Position numbers and translations under genes: made by a program. The notes under the pieces are model-generated. The model had not been told where the DNA came from. It saw nothing but the letters and a program-made list of their open reading frames with translations, and made no database searches. A DNA stretch of 64,000 nucleotides from assembly GCA_963746865.1 (NCBI GenBank), contig CAVVDB010000007.1:128846-192845 (forward strand). Reading direction: 5' to 3'. Below, piece after piece: positions 20,744 to 29,312 of this stretch (within the stretch, counting starts at the first letter, position 1; the number at the start of each line of letters is the position of its first letter). This stretch comes from an uncultured Chloroflexia bacterium (GTDB lineage Bacteria > Chloroflexota > Limnocylindria > Limnocylindrales > CSP1-4).

Positions 20744-22457
20744 CATCGACGACCTGATGCTGGAGGGCCTCCTCCGGCAGACCCTTATCGCCGAGGCGTC
20801 GACCGTGCCGGTCACGCTTGCCCCGGAGACGCTGCGCGCGCGATGGCAGGATCGCTCGCGGAGGGGACGACGCCGACGCCTGATCCTCCTCGGCATCGCG
20901 GCCGCGCTGGCCATCCCGACCGCGGCGCTCGTGGCGGGAATGCTTCGGCCGCCGACGCCGCCGGTAGCGGAGACTCGATACCAGTCGATCATCGCCCGCT
21001 ACGACTACGAGGCTCCCTCGGCCATGGACGTCATCGCCGTGCGCGCCGATGGCCAGGAGCGCCTGATCGCGACGCTGCCTGTCGGGATCGTCCCGGCGGG
21101 CTACCGGATGAACGGGGGAGTCGTCTCGGAGACGGGCTGGATCGCGGTCGCCTTGTCCCTGCCACCGGGGATCACCGCGACCGACGAGGCCTGGGCACTC
21201 GTCGACCTGCGCGACCCGACCCGCAAGGCTCGACTGATCCAGGAGGCGGTCGGCCTCGGGATCATGGAGGGAACCGGGGTGTGGAGCCCCGACGGGCGGT
21301 TCGCGACATCACTCGCCGACGGCAGCGTGATCGTCGTCGACCCCCGCACAGGGGCCACGCAGCGGATCCCATCCGCCATCGACGAGGGCGGCAGCCTCCA
21401 CTGGACGACCGTCGGATCCGAGTTGATCGCCATCAGCGCGATCGGCGACAAGTCGGTCTGGTCGACCACCTTGACACGGAAGACCGTGCCGCTTGGTGCC
21501 GGCCACGGCGAGAACCTGGCGCTGTCCGTAGACCCCGGTCCGTGGGGCAGGAAGCTGGCGACCAACGGGTCGTGGCTCCAGCGTTGCTCCCGGCTGGCCG
21601 CCGCCGGTTCGTGTCTAGGCCTTCCCGATGGCTCGGTCGTGAGCAAGGACCCGGCCGGCCTCATCACCGTCAGATACAAGAACGAGTCCCGTTCGAACGT
21701 GATGGACGCGAGGATCTCGGCTGATGGCCAGGCGGCTTGGTTGTTGCTTGACACGACCCGCGACGGGCGCTCGTTCGAATTGGTGCGAGCCGATGCCGAA
21801 GCCTCGGCGAAGGTCATGGCCAGCGTCCCGGTCAGAGCGGGTATCCAATCGGCGTCCTTCAGCAATCTGGCCCCGGACGATTCCCTCGCGGCGCTCGTCT
21901 CTTTCGCCGTCCCCGACTACCCGGGATCGATCCTGATCCCGACCGATGGCTCCACGCCGGCCACGTATCACGCGGGTGACCTGGCCGGGTTCATCACTTC
22001 CATCAACGCGGATGCATGGCCCGGCCCGGCCTTCGGGCCGGTCGTGGAGGCCGCGCCACCGCCAGCCGGGCATGTCGTCGAGCTCATGTCTCGCGACGAC
22101 ATGCTCGCCACGTACAGCGACGTCGGTCCGGTCGTCATCGAGGGAGAGCACGAGCCGCAGCCGGGCGAGACGGGGGGACCACAGAGGTTCGTGATCGGAA
22201 CGGCAGCGTTCACGGAGGGGATCGGGTTCGTCGCGATGTGCGTGGGCGATGGGACCATCCGTATCGCGACGAGTATCCGCACGATGGATCCGTGGGAGAT
22301 CGAGTGCACGACCGGCATCCCGATCGGCTTTCCCAGCCGCCGCATCGTGATCAACGCTCCGGTCGAGATCACCGTGACCGCGGAGGCCGGCACCGCCTGG
22401 CGAGTGTTGATCACGGATCCGCCCCCACCAGAGCCGCGTCCGTCGCCGACGCCCTGA
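20736..22457 (+). CDS. membrane-anchored protein with large extracytoplasmic domain (putative anti-sigma factor by position)
   Basis: 573 aa. Start overlaps the sigma gene end. Single TM LILLGIAAALAIPTAALVAGML after a short N-terminal domain. No ZAS motif seen. Confidence 0.5.
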   Translation: MRDIDDLMLEGLLRQTLIAEASTVPVTLAPETLRARWQDRSRRGRRRRLILLGIAAALAIPTAALVAGMLRPPTPPVAETRYQSIIARYDYEAPSAMDVIAVRADGQERLIATLPVGIVPAGYRMNGGVVSETGWIAVALSLPPGITATDEAWALVDLRDPTRKARLIQEAVGLGIMEGTGVWSPDGRFATSLADGSVIVVDPRTGATQRIPSAIDEGGSLHWTTVGSELIAISAIGDKSVWSTTLTRKTVPLGAGHGENLALSVDPGPWGRKLATNGSWLQRCSRLAAAGSCLGLPDGSVVSKDPAGLITVRYKNESRSNVMDARISADGQAAWLLLDTTRDGRSFELVRADAEASAKVMASVPVRAGIQSASFSNLAPDDSLAALVSFAVPDYPGSILIPTDGSTPATYHAGDLAGFITSINADAWPGPAFGPVVEAAPPPAGHVVELMSRDDMLATYSDVGPVVIEGEHEPQPGETGGPQRFVIGTAAFTEGIGFVAMCVGDGTIRIATSIRTMDPWEIECTTGIPIGFPSRRIVINAPVEITVTAEAGTAWRVLITDPPPPEPRPSPTP

Positions 22458-22502
22458 TCCGACTGGCGGTCGCGGCCGTTCTATGCGACGATCGCGACAC
22501 GG

Positions 22503-24524
22503 ATGCCAGACGAACTCAGTCCGAGCCAGGCGGCAGTGCGGATCGGCACGACCACGCGGTCGGTCCAGCGGTGGATCGCTAGCGGTCGGCTGCCGGCGAG
22601 ACGCGTTGGTGGACGGTGGCGCGTCGCAAATGACGCGATTGACGCGTTCATGGCGTCTGGCGAGCCGGTCGGGGCCCTAACGGCGCCGATCCGGACCCTG
22701 TTCATCGCGAACCGCGGTGAGATCGCGGCCCGGATCACCCGCACGTGCGACCGCCTCGGCATCCGGGCGGTCGCGCCCGACACGGAAGGCGCCGACGCGC
22801 TCGACCTCCTCGACATCGACGCGGTCGTCGCAGCCGCCGTCAGCGCCGGTGCCGATGCCGTCCACCCGGGCTTCGGGTTCCTCGCCGAGAACGCGGACTT
22901 CGCCGAGGCCGTCGAGGCTGCCGGGCTCCGCTGGGTCGGCCCGCCGCCGTCGGCCATCCGGGCGATGGGCGACAAGGCCGCAGCCCGCCGACTCGCCGCC
23001 ACGCTCGGCGTCCCGATCCTCCCCGGCTACGACGGCGCCGACCAGTCGGACAAGGCCCTGACGAAGGCGGCAACCACCATCGGCTACCCGGTCCTCGTCA
23101 AGCCGGCGGCCGGTGGCGGCGGCAAGGGGATGCGCACCGTCCGCGAACCCGACCGGCTGCCCGACGCGCTCGCCGCCGCCCGGCGCGAGGCCACCGCGGC
23201 CTTCGGCGACGACCGACTCATCCTCGAACGCTTCGTCGAGGGCGGCCGCCATGTCGAGATCCAGGTCCTGTTCGATGCCCACGGCAATGGCGTCCACCTC
23301 GGCGAACGCGACTGCTCGATCCAGCGACGCCACCAGAAGGTCCTCGAGGAATCGCCCTCCCCAGCCGTCACCCCTGCCTTCCGCGCCCGACTCGGCGACG
23401 CCGCGCTGACCCTGGCCCGCGCGGTCGGCTACGTGAGCGCCGGCACCTGCGAGTTCCTCGTCGACGACAAGGGCACGCCGGCCTTCCTCGAGATGAACAC
23501 CCGCCTCCAGGTCGAGCACCCGGTGACCGAGCTCGTGACCGGCCGCGACCTGGTCGCCGACCAGCTCCGGATCGCGGCCGGCGAGCCGCTGGGATTCGGA
23601 GCCGCTGACGTCCGCTCGACCGGCCACGCCGTCGAGGTCCGTCTCTACGCGGAGGACGCCGAGGACGGGTTCCTGCCCGCGACCGGTCGGATCGAGGCCC
23701 TCCGCTGGCCGGCGGGTGACGGCATCCGGGTCGATGCCGGGGTGGCGCAGGGCAGCGAGATCGGCGCCCGCTTCGATCCGATGCTGGCCAAGATCATCGC
23801 CTGGGGCCCGGACCGTGCGATCGCCTTCGACCGACTCGCGCGAGCCCTCGACGCGACCGTCGTCCTGGGCGTCGTCACGAACCTGCGGTTCCTCCGCTGG
23901 CTCGTTCGCCAGCCGGTCGTCCTCGACGGCGAGGCGCGGACCGACACGCTCGATCGGATCTGGCCGCCCGACGACTGGACGGAGCGGACCACGATCCCCG
24001 ACGACGCCTGGTCGACCGCGGCCGCGCTTCTCGCGAGTGACGACGGCGCGCCCACCGATCCGTGGATGGGCGGGTGGCGGCTCAACGGACCTCGCTCGGT
24101 CACGCTCGAGGCCGACGGCGTGCGCCGCTCCGTGGCGCTCGAGGCCCGGACCGGCGAACCGGCACCGACCGTCGATGCCGTGCGCATCGACGACCTCGTC
24201 CACTTCGACCTCGCCGGGCGCAGCACCACCTTCCGGCTCGCCCCACCGCCCGACGTCGACACCGCGGCGCGGGCCGCCGTCGCACACGGCGGGGCCGGCG
24301 CGACCGGACCGGCCGAGATCGTCGCCCCGATGCCCGGCGCCGTCCTGCGCGTCCACGCCGCGCTCGGCCACCCGGTCGAGGCCGGCGACGCCGTCGTGAC
24401 CCTCGAGGCGATGAAGATGGAGCACGTCGTGGTCGCCTCGATCGCCGGTCGCGTGGCGGACCTCCTTGTCCGCCCTTCCGACCAGGTCAGGCGCGGCCAG
24501 CTGCTCGCCGTCATCGAACCCTGA
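22503..24524 (+). CDS. acyl-CoA carboxylase alpha subunit (biotin carboxylase + biotinyl domain), with an in-frame N-terminal excisionase/MerR-type HTH
   Basis: LFIANRGEIAARI, GYPVLVKPAAGGGGKGM, EMNTRLQVEHPVTE, biotin site EAMKMEH. Residues 1-50 (SPSQAAVRIGTTTRSVQRWIASGRLPARRVGGRWRV) look like an HTH_17 domain. An internal ATG near 22650 is an alternative start. Confidence 0.9.
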   Translation: MPDELSPSQAAVRIGTTTRSVQRWIASGRLPARRVGGRWRVANDAIDAFMASGEPVGALTAPIRTLFIANRGEIAARITRTCDRLGIRAVAPDTEGADALDLLDIDAVVAAAVSAGADAVHPGFGFLAENADFAEAVEAAGLRWVGPPPSAIRAMGDKAAARRLAATLGVPILPGYDGADQSDKALTKAATTIGYPVLVKPAAGGGGKGMRTVREPDRLPDALAAARREATAAFGDDRLILERFVEGGRHVEIQVLFDAHGNGVHLGERDCSIQRRHQKVLEESPSPAVTPAFRARLGDAALTLARAVGYVSAGTCEFLVDDKGTPAFLEMNTRLQVEHPVTELVTGRDLVADQLRIAAGEPLGFGAADVRSTGHAVEVRLYAEDAEDGFLPATGRIEALRWPAGDGIRVDAGVAQGSEIGARFDPMLAKIIAWGPDRAIAFDRLARALDATVVLGVVTNLRFLRWLVRQPVVLDGEARTDTLDRIWPPDDWTERTTIPDDAWSTAAALLASDDGAPTDPWMGGWRLNGPRSVTLEADGVRRSVALEARTGEPAPTVDAVRIDDLVHFDLAGRSTTFRLAPPPDVDTAARAAVAHGGAGATGPAEIVAPMPGAVLRVHAALGHPVEAGDAVVTLEAMKMEHVVVASIAGRVADLLVRPSDQVRRGQLLAVIEP

Positions 24525-24570
24525 CGGACGGGTTCGGGTACGCTCAGCCACGCTTCCACCGGAGGTTCGA

Positions 24571-24777
24571 ATGGCCAAACACGACCCGCAGCCCGCGACG
24601 TCGACGCCGCTGCCGCAGACCCGCGACGAGCTCCTCGCGCTCCATCGCGAGACCCGCCGCCGGCGCAACGCGGCCAAGCACGGCAGCCCCGAACACGTCG
24701 CCGCGATCGACCTGATCGGGCGGATCGAGATCGAAGTCGCTCGCCTGGAGCGGGCGATGGATCCGCCGCTCGTCTGA
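24571..24777 (+). CDS. small hypothetical protein (68 aa)
   Basis: ATG at 24571 with GGAGG at 24561-24565. Helical-looking sequence TRDELLALHRETRRRRNAA...IEIEVARLERAM. Confidence 0.4.
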   Translation: MAKHDPQPATSTPLPQTRDELLALHRETRRRRNAAKHGSPEHVAAIDLIGRIEIEVARLERAMDPPLV

Positions 24778-24778
24778 C

Positions 24779-25873
24779 GTGACCGACCGCGTCCGGATCT
24801 ACGAGGTCGGGCCGCGCGACGGCCTCCAGAACGAGGCCCGGCCGATCCCGACGGCGACCAAGGCGGAGTTCATCTTCCTCCTGGCGAAGGCCGGTCTCCG
24901 CGAGATCGAGGCGACCAGCTTCGTCGCCCCACGCGCCATCCCGCAGCTGGCCGACGCCGACGAGCTGCTGACGGGCCTGGCCCGCTCCCCCGGCGTCCGC
25001 TACCCGGTCCTCGTCCCGAACGACCGCGGGATGGCACGTGCGGAGGCGGCCGGCGCCGACGCGATCGCCGTCTTCACCGCCACGACCGACGCCTTCACGG
25101 GGGCCAATATCGGGATGACCGTCGCCGAGTCGCTCGCGGCGTTCACGTCGGTCCTCGCCCGTGCCGCCGACCTCGGTTGGTGGCGGCGCGGCTATGTCTC
25201 GACCGCGTTCGGGTGCCCGTACACCGGGCGCGTGGAGCCGACCGTCGCCGTGGACGTGGCGCTTCGGCTGCTGGAGCTCGGCGTCGACGAGGTCTGCTTC
25301 GGCGACACGATCGGGGTGGGCGTGCCGGGCCAGGTGGCGGCACTCACCGGGCTGGCCGTGGAGGCCGGGATCCCGCTCGAGCGGATCGCCTTCCATTTCC
25401 ACGACACGCGCGGGACGGCCCTCGCCAACGTCGCCGCCGGGCTGGATGCGGGCGTCCGCTGCTTCGACGCCTCGACCGGCGGGACCGGCGGCTGCCCCTA
25501 CGCCCCGGGCGCCGCCGGCAACCTCGCGACCGAGGACCTGGTCTACTTCCTCGATGCCTCGGGCTGGGAGCACGGTGCCTCGCTCGACGGCGTCCTGACC
25601 GCCGCCCGGTTCATCGCCGATGCCCTCGGACGACCCCTGACCACGAAGGTCGGGCAGGCCGGCGGGTGGGATCCCGGGTCCGGCGCAGGCCGATCGCCGC
25701 GACCGTCCGCCGGACTGAGGGTTCTGGGTCGTTCGAACCAAGCGGAACTACCGTTCGCGTCGAGGACAGCGACGTCTGCCGGAGCGAGGTTTTGGGTCGT
25801 TCGAACCAAGCGGAACTACCGATCGCGTCGAGGCTGGCGTGCGGGGATCGTCACGATGGTTCCGCTTGGTTGA
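24779..25873 (+). CDS. hydroxymethylglutaryl-CoA lyase with a repeat-derived C-terminal extension
   Basis: IYEVGPRDGLQNE, HFHDTRGTALANV, GGCPYAPGAAGN. The last approx 60 codons are translated from the 48-bp repeats at 25717-25873 and are probably not native. Confidence 0.85.
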   Translation: MTDRVRIYEVGPRDGLQNEARPIPTATKAEFIFLLAKAGLREIEATSFVAPRAIPQLADADELLTGLARSPGVRYPVLVPNDRGMARAEAAGADAIAVFTATTDAFTGANIGMTVAESLAAFTSVLARAADLGWWRRGYVSTAFGCPYTGRVEPTVAVDVALRLLELGVDEVCFGDTIGVGVPGQVAALTGLAVEAGIPLERIAFHFHDTRGTALANVAAGLDAGVRCFDASTGGTGGCPYAPGAAGNLATEDLVYFLDASGWEHGASLDGVLTAARFIADALGRPLTTKVGQAGGWDPGSGAGRSPRPSAGLRVLGRSNQAELPFASRTATSAGARFWVVRTKRNYRSRRGWRAGIVTMVPLG

Positions 25874-25900
25874 AATCACCCGAAAATGAGGTTCTGGGGA
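25717..25900. repeat. two 48-49-bp direct repeats, a complementary 13-nt segment and a third partial repeat start
   Basis: 25717-25765 and 25786-25833 are near identical (GAGG[G]TT[C/T]TGGGTCGTTCGAACCAAGCGGAACTACCG[T/A]TCGCGTCGAGG). GTTCCGCTTGGTT at 25859-25871 is complementary to AACCAAGCGGAAC. GAGGTTCTGGGGA recurs at 25888. Confidence 0.75.
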
Positions 25901-25956
25901 GGCCGGGCCGGGCCAGGTCCAAGCACGCGCGCCCTCTTCTGCTATCGTCCCGCCAA

Positions 25957-26472
25957 ATGGACGGTGTCGTACTCGTTCTGAACCAGAATTACGAACCGCT
26001 CAACGTCTGTAACCTGCCTCGCGCCTTCCGCCTCGTGTTCGGCGAAAAGGCCGAAGTGATCGAATACGACCACCAGGTGATCAGGACGCCGCGGACGGAG
26101 TATCGCGCGCCGTCCGTCATCCGCCTCCAGCACCTGATCCGCCGGCCGAGACCCCGGGTCAAGCTGTCCCGCCGCGAGGTCTTCAGCCGCGACCGGCATA
26201 CCTGCCAGTACTGCGGCCGCCAGGCCCACGACATGACCCTCGATCACGTCGTGCCCCGCCACCGCGGCGGCGGCCATACCTGGGAGAACCTCGTGACGGC
26301 ATGCAAGCCGTGCAATCACCGCAAGGGCGGCAAGACGCTCGATGAGGCGCGCCTGCGGCTCCTCCGCGCGCCGTTCGAGCCGCGCAGCGACATCTACTCG
26401 CTGTTCACCCCGTATCTCGCCGACGAGACCAACGAGGCGTGGCGCACGTACCTCTTCCTGGGTCGGAACTGA
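25957..26472 (+). CDS. HNH endonuclease
   Basis: 171 aa from ATG 25957 within ORF 25177..26472. CQYCG...LDHVVPRHRGGGHTWENLVTACKPCNHRKG. Confidence 0.85.
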   Translation: MDGVVLVLNQNYEPLNVCNLPRAFRLVFGEKAEVIEYDHQVIRTPRTEYRAPSVIRLQHLIRRPRPRVKLSRREVFSRDRHTCQYCGRQAHDMTLDHVVPRHRGGGHTWENLVTACKPCNHRKGGKTLDEARLRLLRAPFEPRSDIYSLFTPYLADETNEAWRTYLFLGRN

Positions 26473-27836
26473 CGGGGCTGCCGGCGGCCATCGAAGGCGC
26501 GATCCCGGTCGCCGTCCGCGATCTGCTCGGCACGCTCTGGGCGGACGGCCGCGCCGCGTACGTGGTCGGCGGCTCGCTGCGCGACATCGTCCTCGGGCGC
26601 CAGCCGGTCGACTGGGACCTCGCCTCGGACGCCCTCCCCGAGCGACTCGTCGAGCTGTTCCCGGGCGCCGTCTACGAGAACCGATTCGGGACGGTCGCCG
26701 TCCGCCGCGACGGCGAGGTCTTCGAGATCACGACCTTCCGGACCGACCACGACTACGCCGACTTCCGCCGGCCGCACCGCGTCGAGTTCGGCGAGACGAT
26801 CGAGGTCGACCTGGCCCGCCGCGACCTCACGGTCAACGCGATGGCCTGGGGCGCCCGGCCCGGTGAGTCGCCGACCCTGCTCGACCCGTACGACGGCGCG
26901 TCCGACGCGGCAGCCGGCCAGTTGCGGGCCGTCGGCGACCCACGGGCCCGGTTCGAGGAGGACGCGCTGCGGATGATCCGGACGGTCCGGCTGGCGGCCA
27001 CCCTGGGGTTCGGGGTCGAGGCGGACACCCTGGCCGGGATCGGGGCACGGGCCGAGTTGGTCGCCCACCTGTCGGGCGAGCGGATCGCGGCCGAGCTGGA
27101 CAAGTTGCTCGGCGCGCCCGTGCCGTCGGTCGGGCTGCGGTTGATGAGCGACACGGGCCTGCTCGCGCCGATCTCGGCGGACCTTGCCGCCCAACGGGGC
27201 GTGCCACAGAACAAGGTCCCGGGCGAGGACCTGTGGGACCACACCCTGCGCTCGGTGGATGCGGCGCCGGTCGCGCGACCGGTCGTCCGGCTGGCCGCGC
27301 TGCTCCACGACATCGGCAAGCCATCGACCCTCGCGGACGGTCACTTCCTCGGCCACGACGCGGTCGGGGCGGAGTTGGCCGGCGCCTTCCTGGACCGGCT
27401 GCGGTCACCGCGCGCCGTCCGCGACCGGGTCGTGGAACTGGTTCGCAACCACATGTTCAGCTACGAGCCGAACTGGTCGGACGCCGCGGTCCGGCGGTTC
27501 ATCGGCAAGATGGCGGCGATCGGCGACGGAGCGCTCGACGAGCTGCTCGACCTGCGCGAGGCGGACAACGTCGGGTCTGGGCTGCCGCCGACGGCCGGGC
27601 TGCTCGATGAGCTTCGGGGCCGGATCGCGGCGGAGCTCGAGGCCGAGCTCGTCCTGGATCGGAGCGGGCTCGCGATCGATGGCGCCGACCTCATCGCCGA
27701 CCTGGGCCTCGCCGAGGGTCCCCTTCTTGGCCGGATCCTCGACGAGTTACTCGAGCGGGTCATCGCCGATCCGGGGCTCAACGAGCGACCGACCCTGCTC
27801 TTGCTCGCCCAGGCGATGCTGACGGAGGACCGATGA
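26439..27836 (+). CDS. cca: CCA tRNA nucleotidyltransferase with HD domain
   Basis: YVVGGSLRDIVLG, DWDLAS, RRDLTVNAMAW, HD region LLHDIGKP. 465 aa. Confidence 0.85.
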   Translation: MAHVPLPGSELTGLPAAIEGAIPVAVRDLLGTLWADGRAAYVVGGSLRDIVLGRQPVDWDLASDALPERLVELFPGAVYENRFGTVAVRRDGEVFEITTFRTDHDYADFRRPHRVEFGETIEVDLARRDLTVNAMAWGARPGESPTLLDPYDGASDAAAGQLRAVGDPRARFEEDALRMIRTVRLAATLGFGVEADTLAGIGARAELVAHLSGERIAAELDKLLGAPVPSVGLRLMSDTGLLAPISADLAAQRGVPQNKVPGEDLWDHTLRSVDAAPVARPVVRLAALLHDIGKPSTLADGHFLGHDAVGAELAGAFLDRLRSPRAVRDRVVELVRNHMFSYEPNWSDAAVRRFIGKMAAIGDGALDELLDLREADNVGSGLPPTAGLLDELRGRIAAELEAELVLDRSGLAIDGADLIADLGLAEGPLLGRILDELLERVIADPGLNERPTLLLLAQAMLTEDR

Positions 27837-27911
27837 TCGAGCTGCTGCTCGCAGGCGGAACGGGCGCTCTCGGTCGGGCTGCTCGATCGGGCCGAGACGC
27901 TCTACGGACAG

Positions 27912-29273
27912 GTGGCCGCGGCCGATCCGCGCAACTCGATCGCGGTCGTCGGGCTGGCCCGCGTCGCGCTCGAGCGGGGCGACGAGGCGGGCGCCCTCGA
28001 GACGGCCCGGCGCGCGCTGACGATCGACCCGGAGAACGCCGCCGCCCAACGCATGGTCGCCCGGCTCGAGGAGGTCATCGCGTATCGCGGGGATGTGGTG
28101 GAGGAGGCGACGGCGGAGACCGAGCCGGCGACGGAGCCCGAGCCGGCGACGGAGACCGAGCAGCCCGAGCCCGAGCCCGAGCCCGCGCCCGAGCCCGAAC
28201 CGCGCCCGAGCCCGAGCCGGCGCCCGAGCCCGAGCCGGCGCCCGAGCCCGAGCCGGCGCCCGAGCCCGAGCCGGCGCCCGAGCCCGAGCCGGCGCCCGAG
28301 CCGGCGCCCGAGCCAGCGCCCGAGCCGCGCGATCGCCCCCGCGGCGCAGATCCTGGCTCGCCCGACTCTTCCGACGATCATGACGTCGCCCGCGATCTCG
28401 ATCCGCCGTGCCGAGACCGACGCCGACCTGGAAGCCTGGATGCGGGTCCGACGCATCGTCCTCCCCGACGAACCGATCATGACCCTCGAGCAGCTCCGCG
28501 CCGGCGAGGAACCGAGCCGCCTCCTCATCCTGGCCGAGATCGCCGGCGAGCTGGCCGGCCACGGGTACGCGAGCGACTCAAGCCTGGCCGACGGCTTCGT
28601 CGCCCCCCGTGTCCTCCCGGCGCATCGACGGCGCGGGGTCGGCGCGGCGCTGCTTGCCGTCCTTGTCGAGCACCAGGTCGAGGTCGGGCGTCGATCGCTG
28701 GCCTCCCATGTCCAGGACGACGCTTCGATGGCGTTCGCCACCCGGCACGATTTCGTCGAGGTCGACCGGCAGATCGAGCTGGTCCGCGCGATCTCCCCTG
28801 GTGAACCGGACGCAACGCCGTTTCCCGGCGTCGACTTCACGACCGTTGCCGACGATCCCGACCTGCTCCGTCGCGCCCACCCTCTTGCGCAGCAGGGCTT
28901 CGCCGACATGCCCCTCGCCACCGGGGCCGCGAAGATCTCGCTCGAGGAGTGGCTCCGTGACGAGGCGACGCTGCCCGGCGGTTCGATCGTGGCACTCGTC
29001 GACGGCGAGATCGTCGGCTACTGCGGGTTGATCGCCTGGAACGACGACGACACTCGCGCGGAGAATGGGCTGACGGTCGTGGATCGCGCGTGGCGTGGTC
29101 GCGGCCTGGCGACCGCCCTCAAGCGCCGACAGCTCGCCTGGGCGGCGGCCAACGGATTGCGCGAGATCGTGTCCTGGACCCAGCTCGGCAACGACGCGAT
29201 GCAGCACGTGAACGTCGGCCTTGGCTACGTGACGCGGACCGTCAGCCGGACCGTCCGTCGCGAGCCGCAGTAG
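27912..29273 (+). CDS. TPR-like N-terminus, Pro-rich tandem-repeat linker and tandem GNAT acetyltransferase domains (single ORF as assembled)
   Basis: ORF 27912..29273. An ATG at 27833 (ATGA overlap with the cca stop) followed by ELLLAQAERALSVGLLDRAETLYGQV in the 27912 frame suggests a frameshift near 27850. The GNAT part could instead start at ATG 28380 (MTSPAISIRRAETDADLEAW...). Second GNAT: VVDRAWRGRGLATALKRRQL. Confidence 0.6.
   Translation: MAAADPRNSIAVVGLARVALERGDEAGALETARRALTIDPENAAAQRMVARLEEVIAYRGDVVEEATAETEPATEPEPATETEQPEPEPEPAPEPEPRPSPSRRPSPSRRPSPSRRPSPSRRPSPSRRPSRRPSQRPSRAIAPAAQILARPTLPTIMTSPAISIRRAETDADLEAWMRVRRIVLPDEPIMTLEQLRAGEEPSRLLILAEIAGELAGHGYASDSSLADGFVAPRVLPAHRRRGVGAALLAVLVEHQVEVGRRSLASHVQDDASMAFATRHDFVEVDRQIELVRAISPGEPDATPFPGVDFTTVADDPDLLRRAHPLAQQGFADMPLATGAAKISLEEWLRDEATLPGGSIVALVDGEIVGYCGLIAWNDDDTRAENGLTVVDRAWRGRGLATALKRRQLAWAAANGLREIVSWTQLGNDAMQHVNVGLGYVTRTVSRTVRREPQ
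28163..28326 (+). repeat. 18-bp tandem repeat (GAGCCCGAGCCGGCGCCC) about 9 units, one 17-bp unit near 28190-28206
   Basis: Read directly. Encodes EPEPAP in one frame and SPSRRP in the frame used by the long ORF after the 17-bp unit. Confidence 0.9.
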
Positions 29274-29312
29274 CGCTGGGGCACTGGGCGCGCGGTCACG
29301 TATCGTTCGCGC

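Noticed and set aside
23645-25741. Very long ORFs on the opposite strand or in alternative frames: 23645..25741, 22677..24677, 33835..36069, 5985..7715, 8832..10514, 50588..52009, 18880..20070, 39218..40816, 28578..30005
   Set aside because: They are antisense or out of frame to genes with clear family signatures. Their translations are Arg/Gly/Pro/Asp-rich low complexity, typical of open non-coding frames in very GC-rich DNA.
25728-25748. GGGTCGTTCGAACC resembling a tRNA T-arm
   Set aside because: No acceptor, D or anticodon arms can be drawn around it. The sequence is part of a 48-bp direct repeat.
28093-28383. ORF translating the 18-bp repeat as ARARAGAR...
   Set aside because: It is the third reading frame of the same tandem repeat, with no flanking domain or start context.
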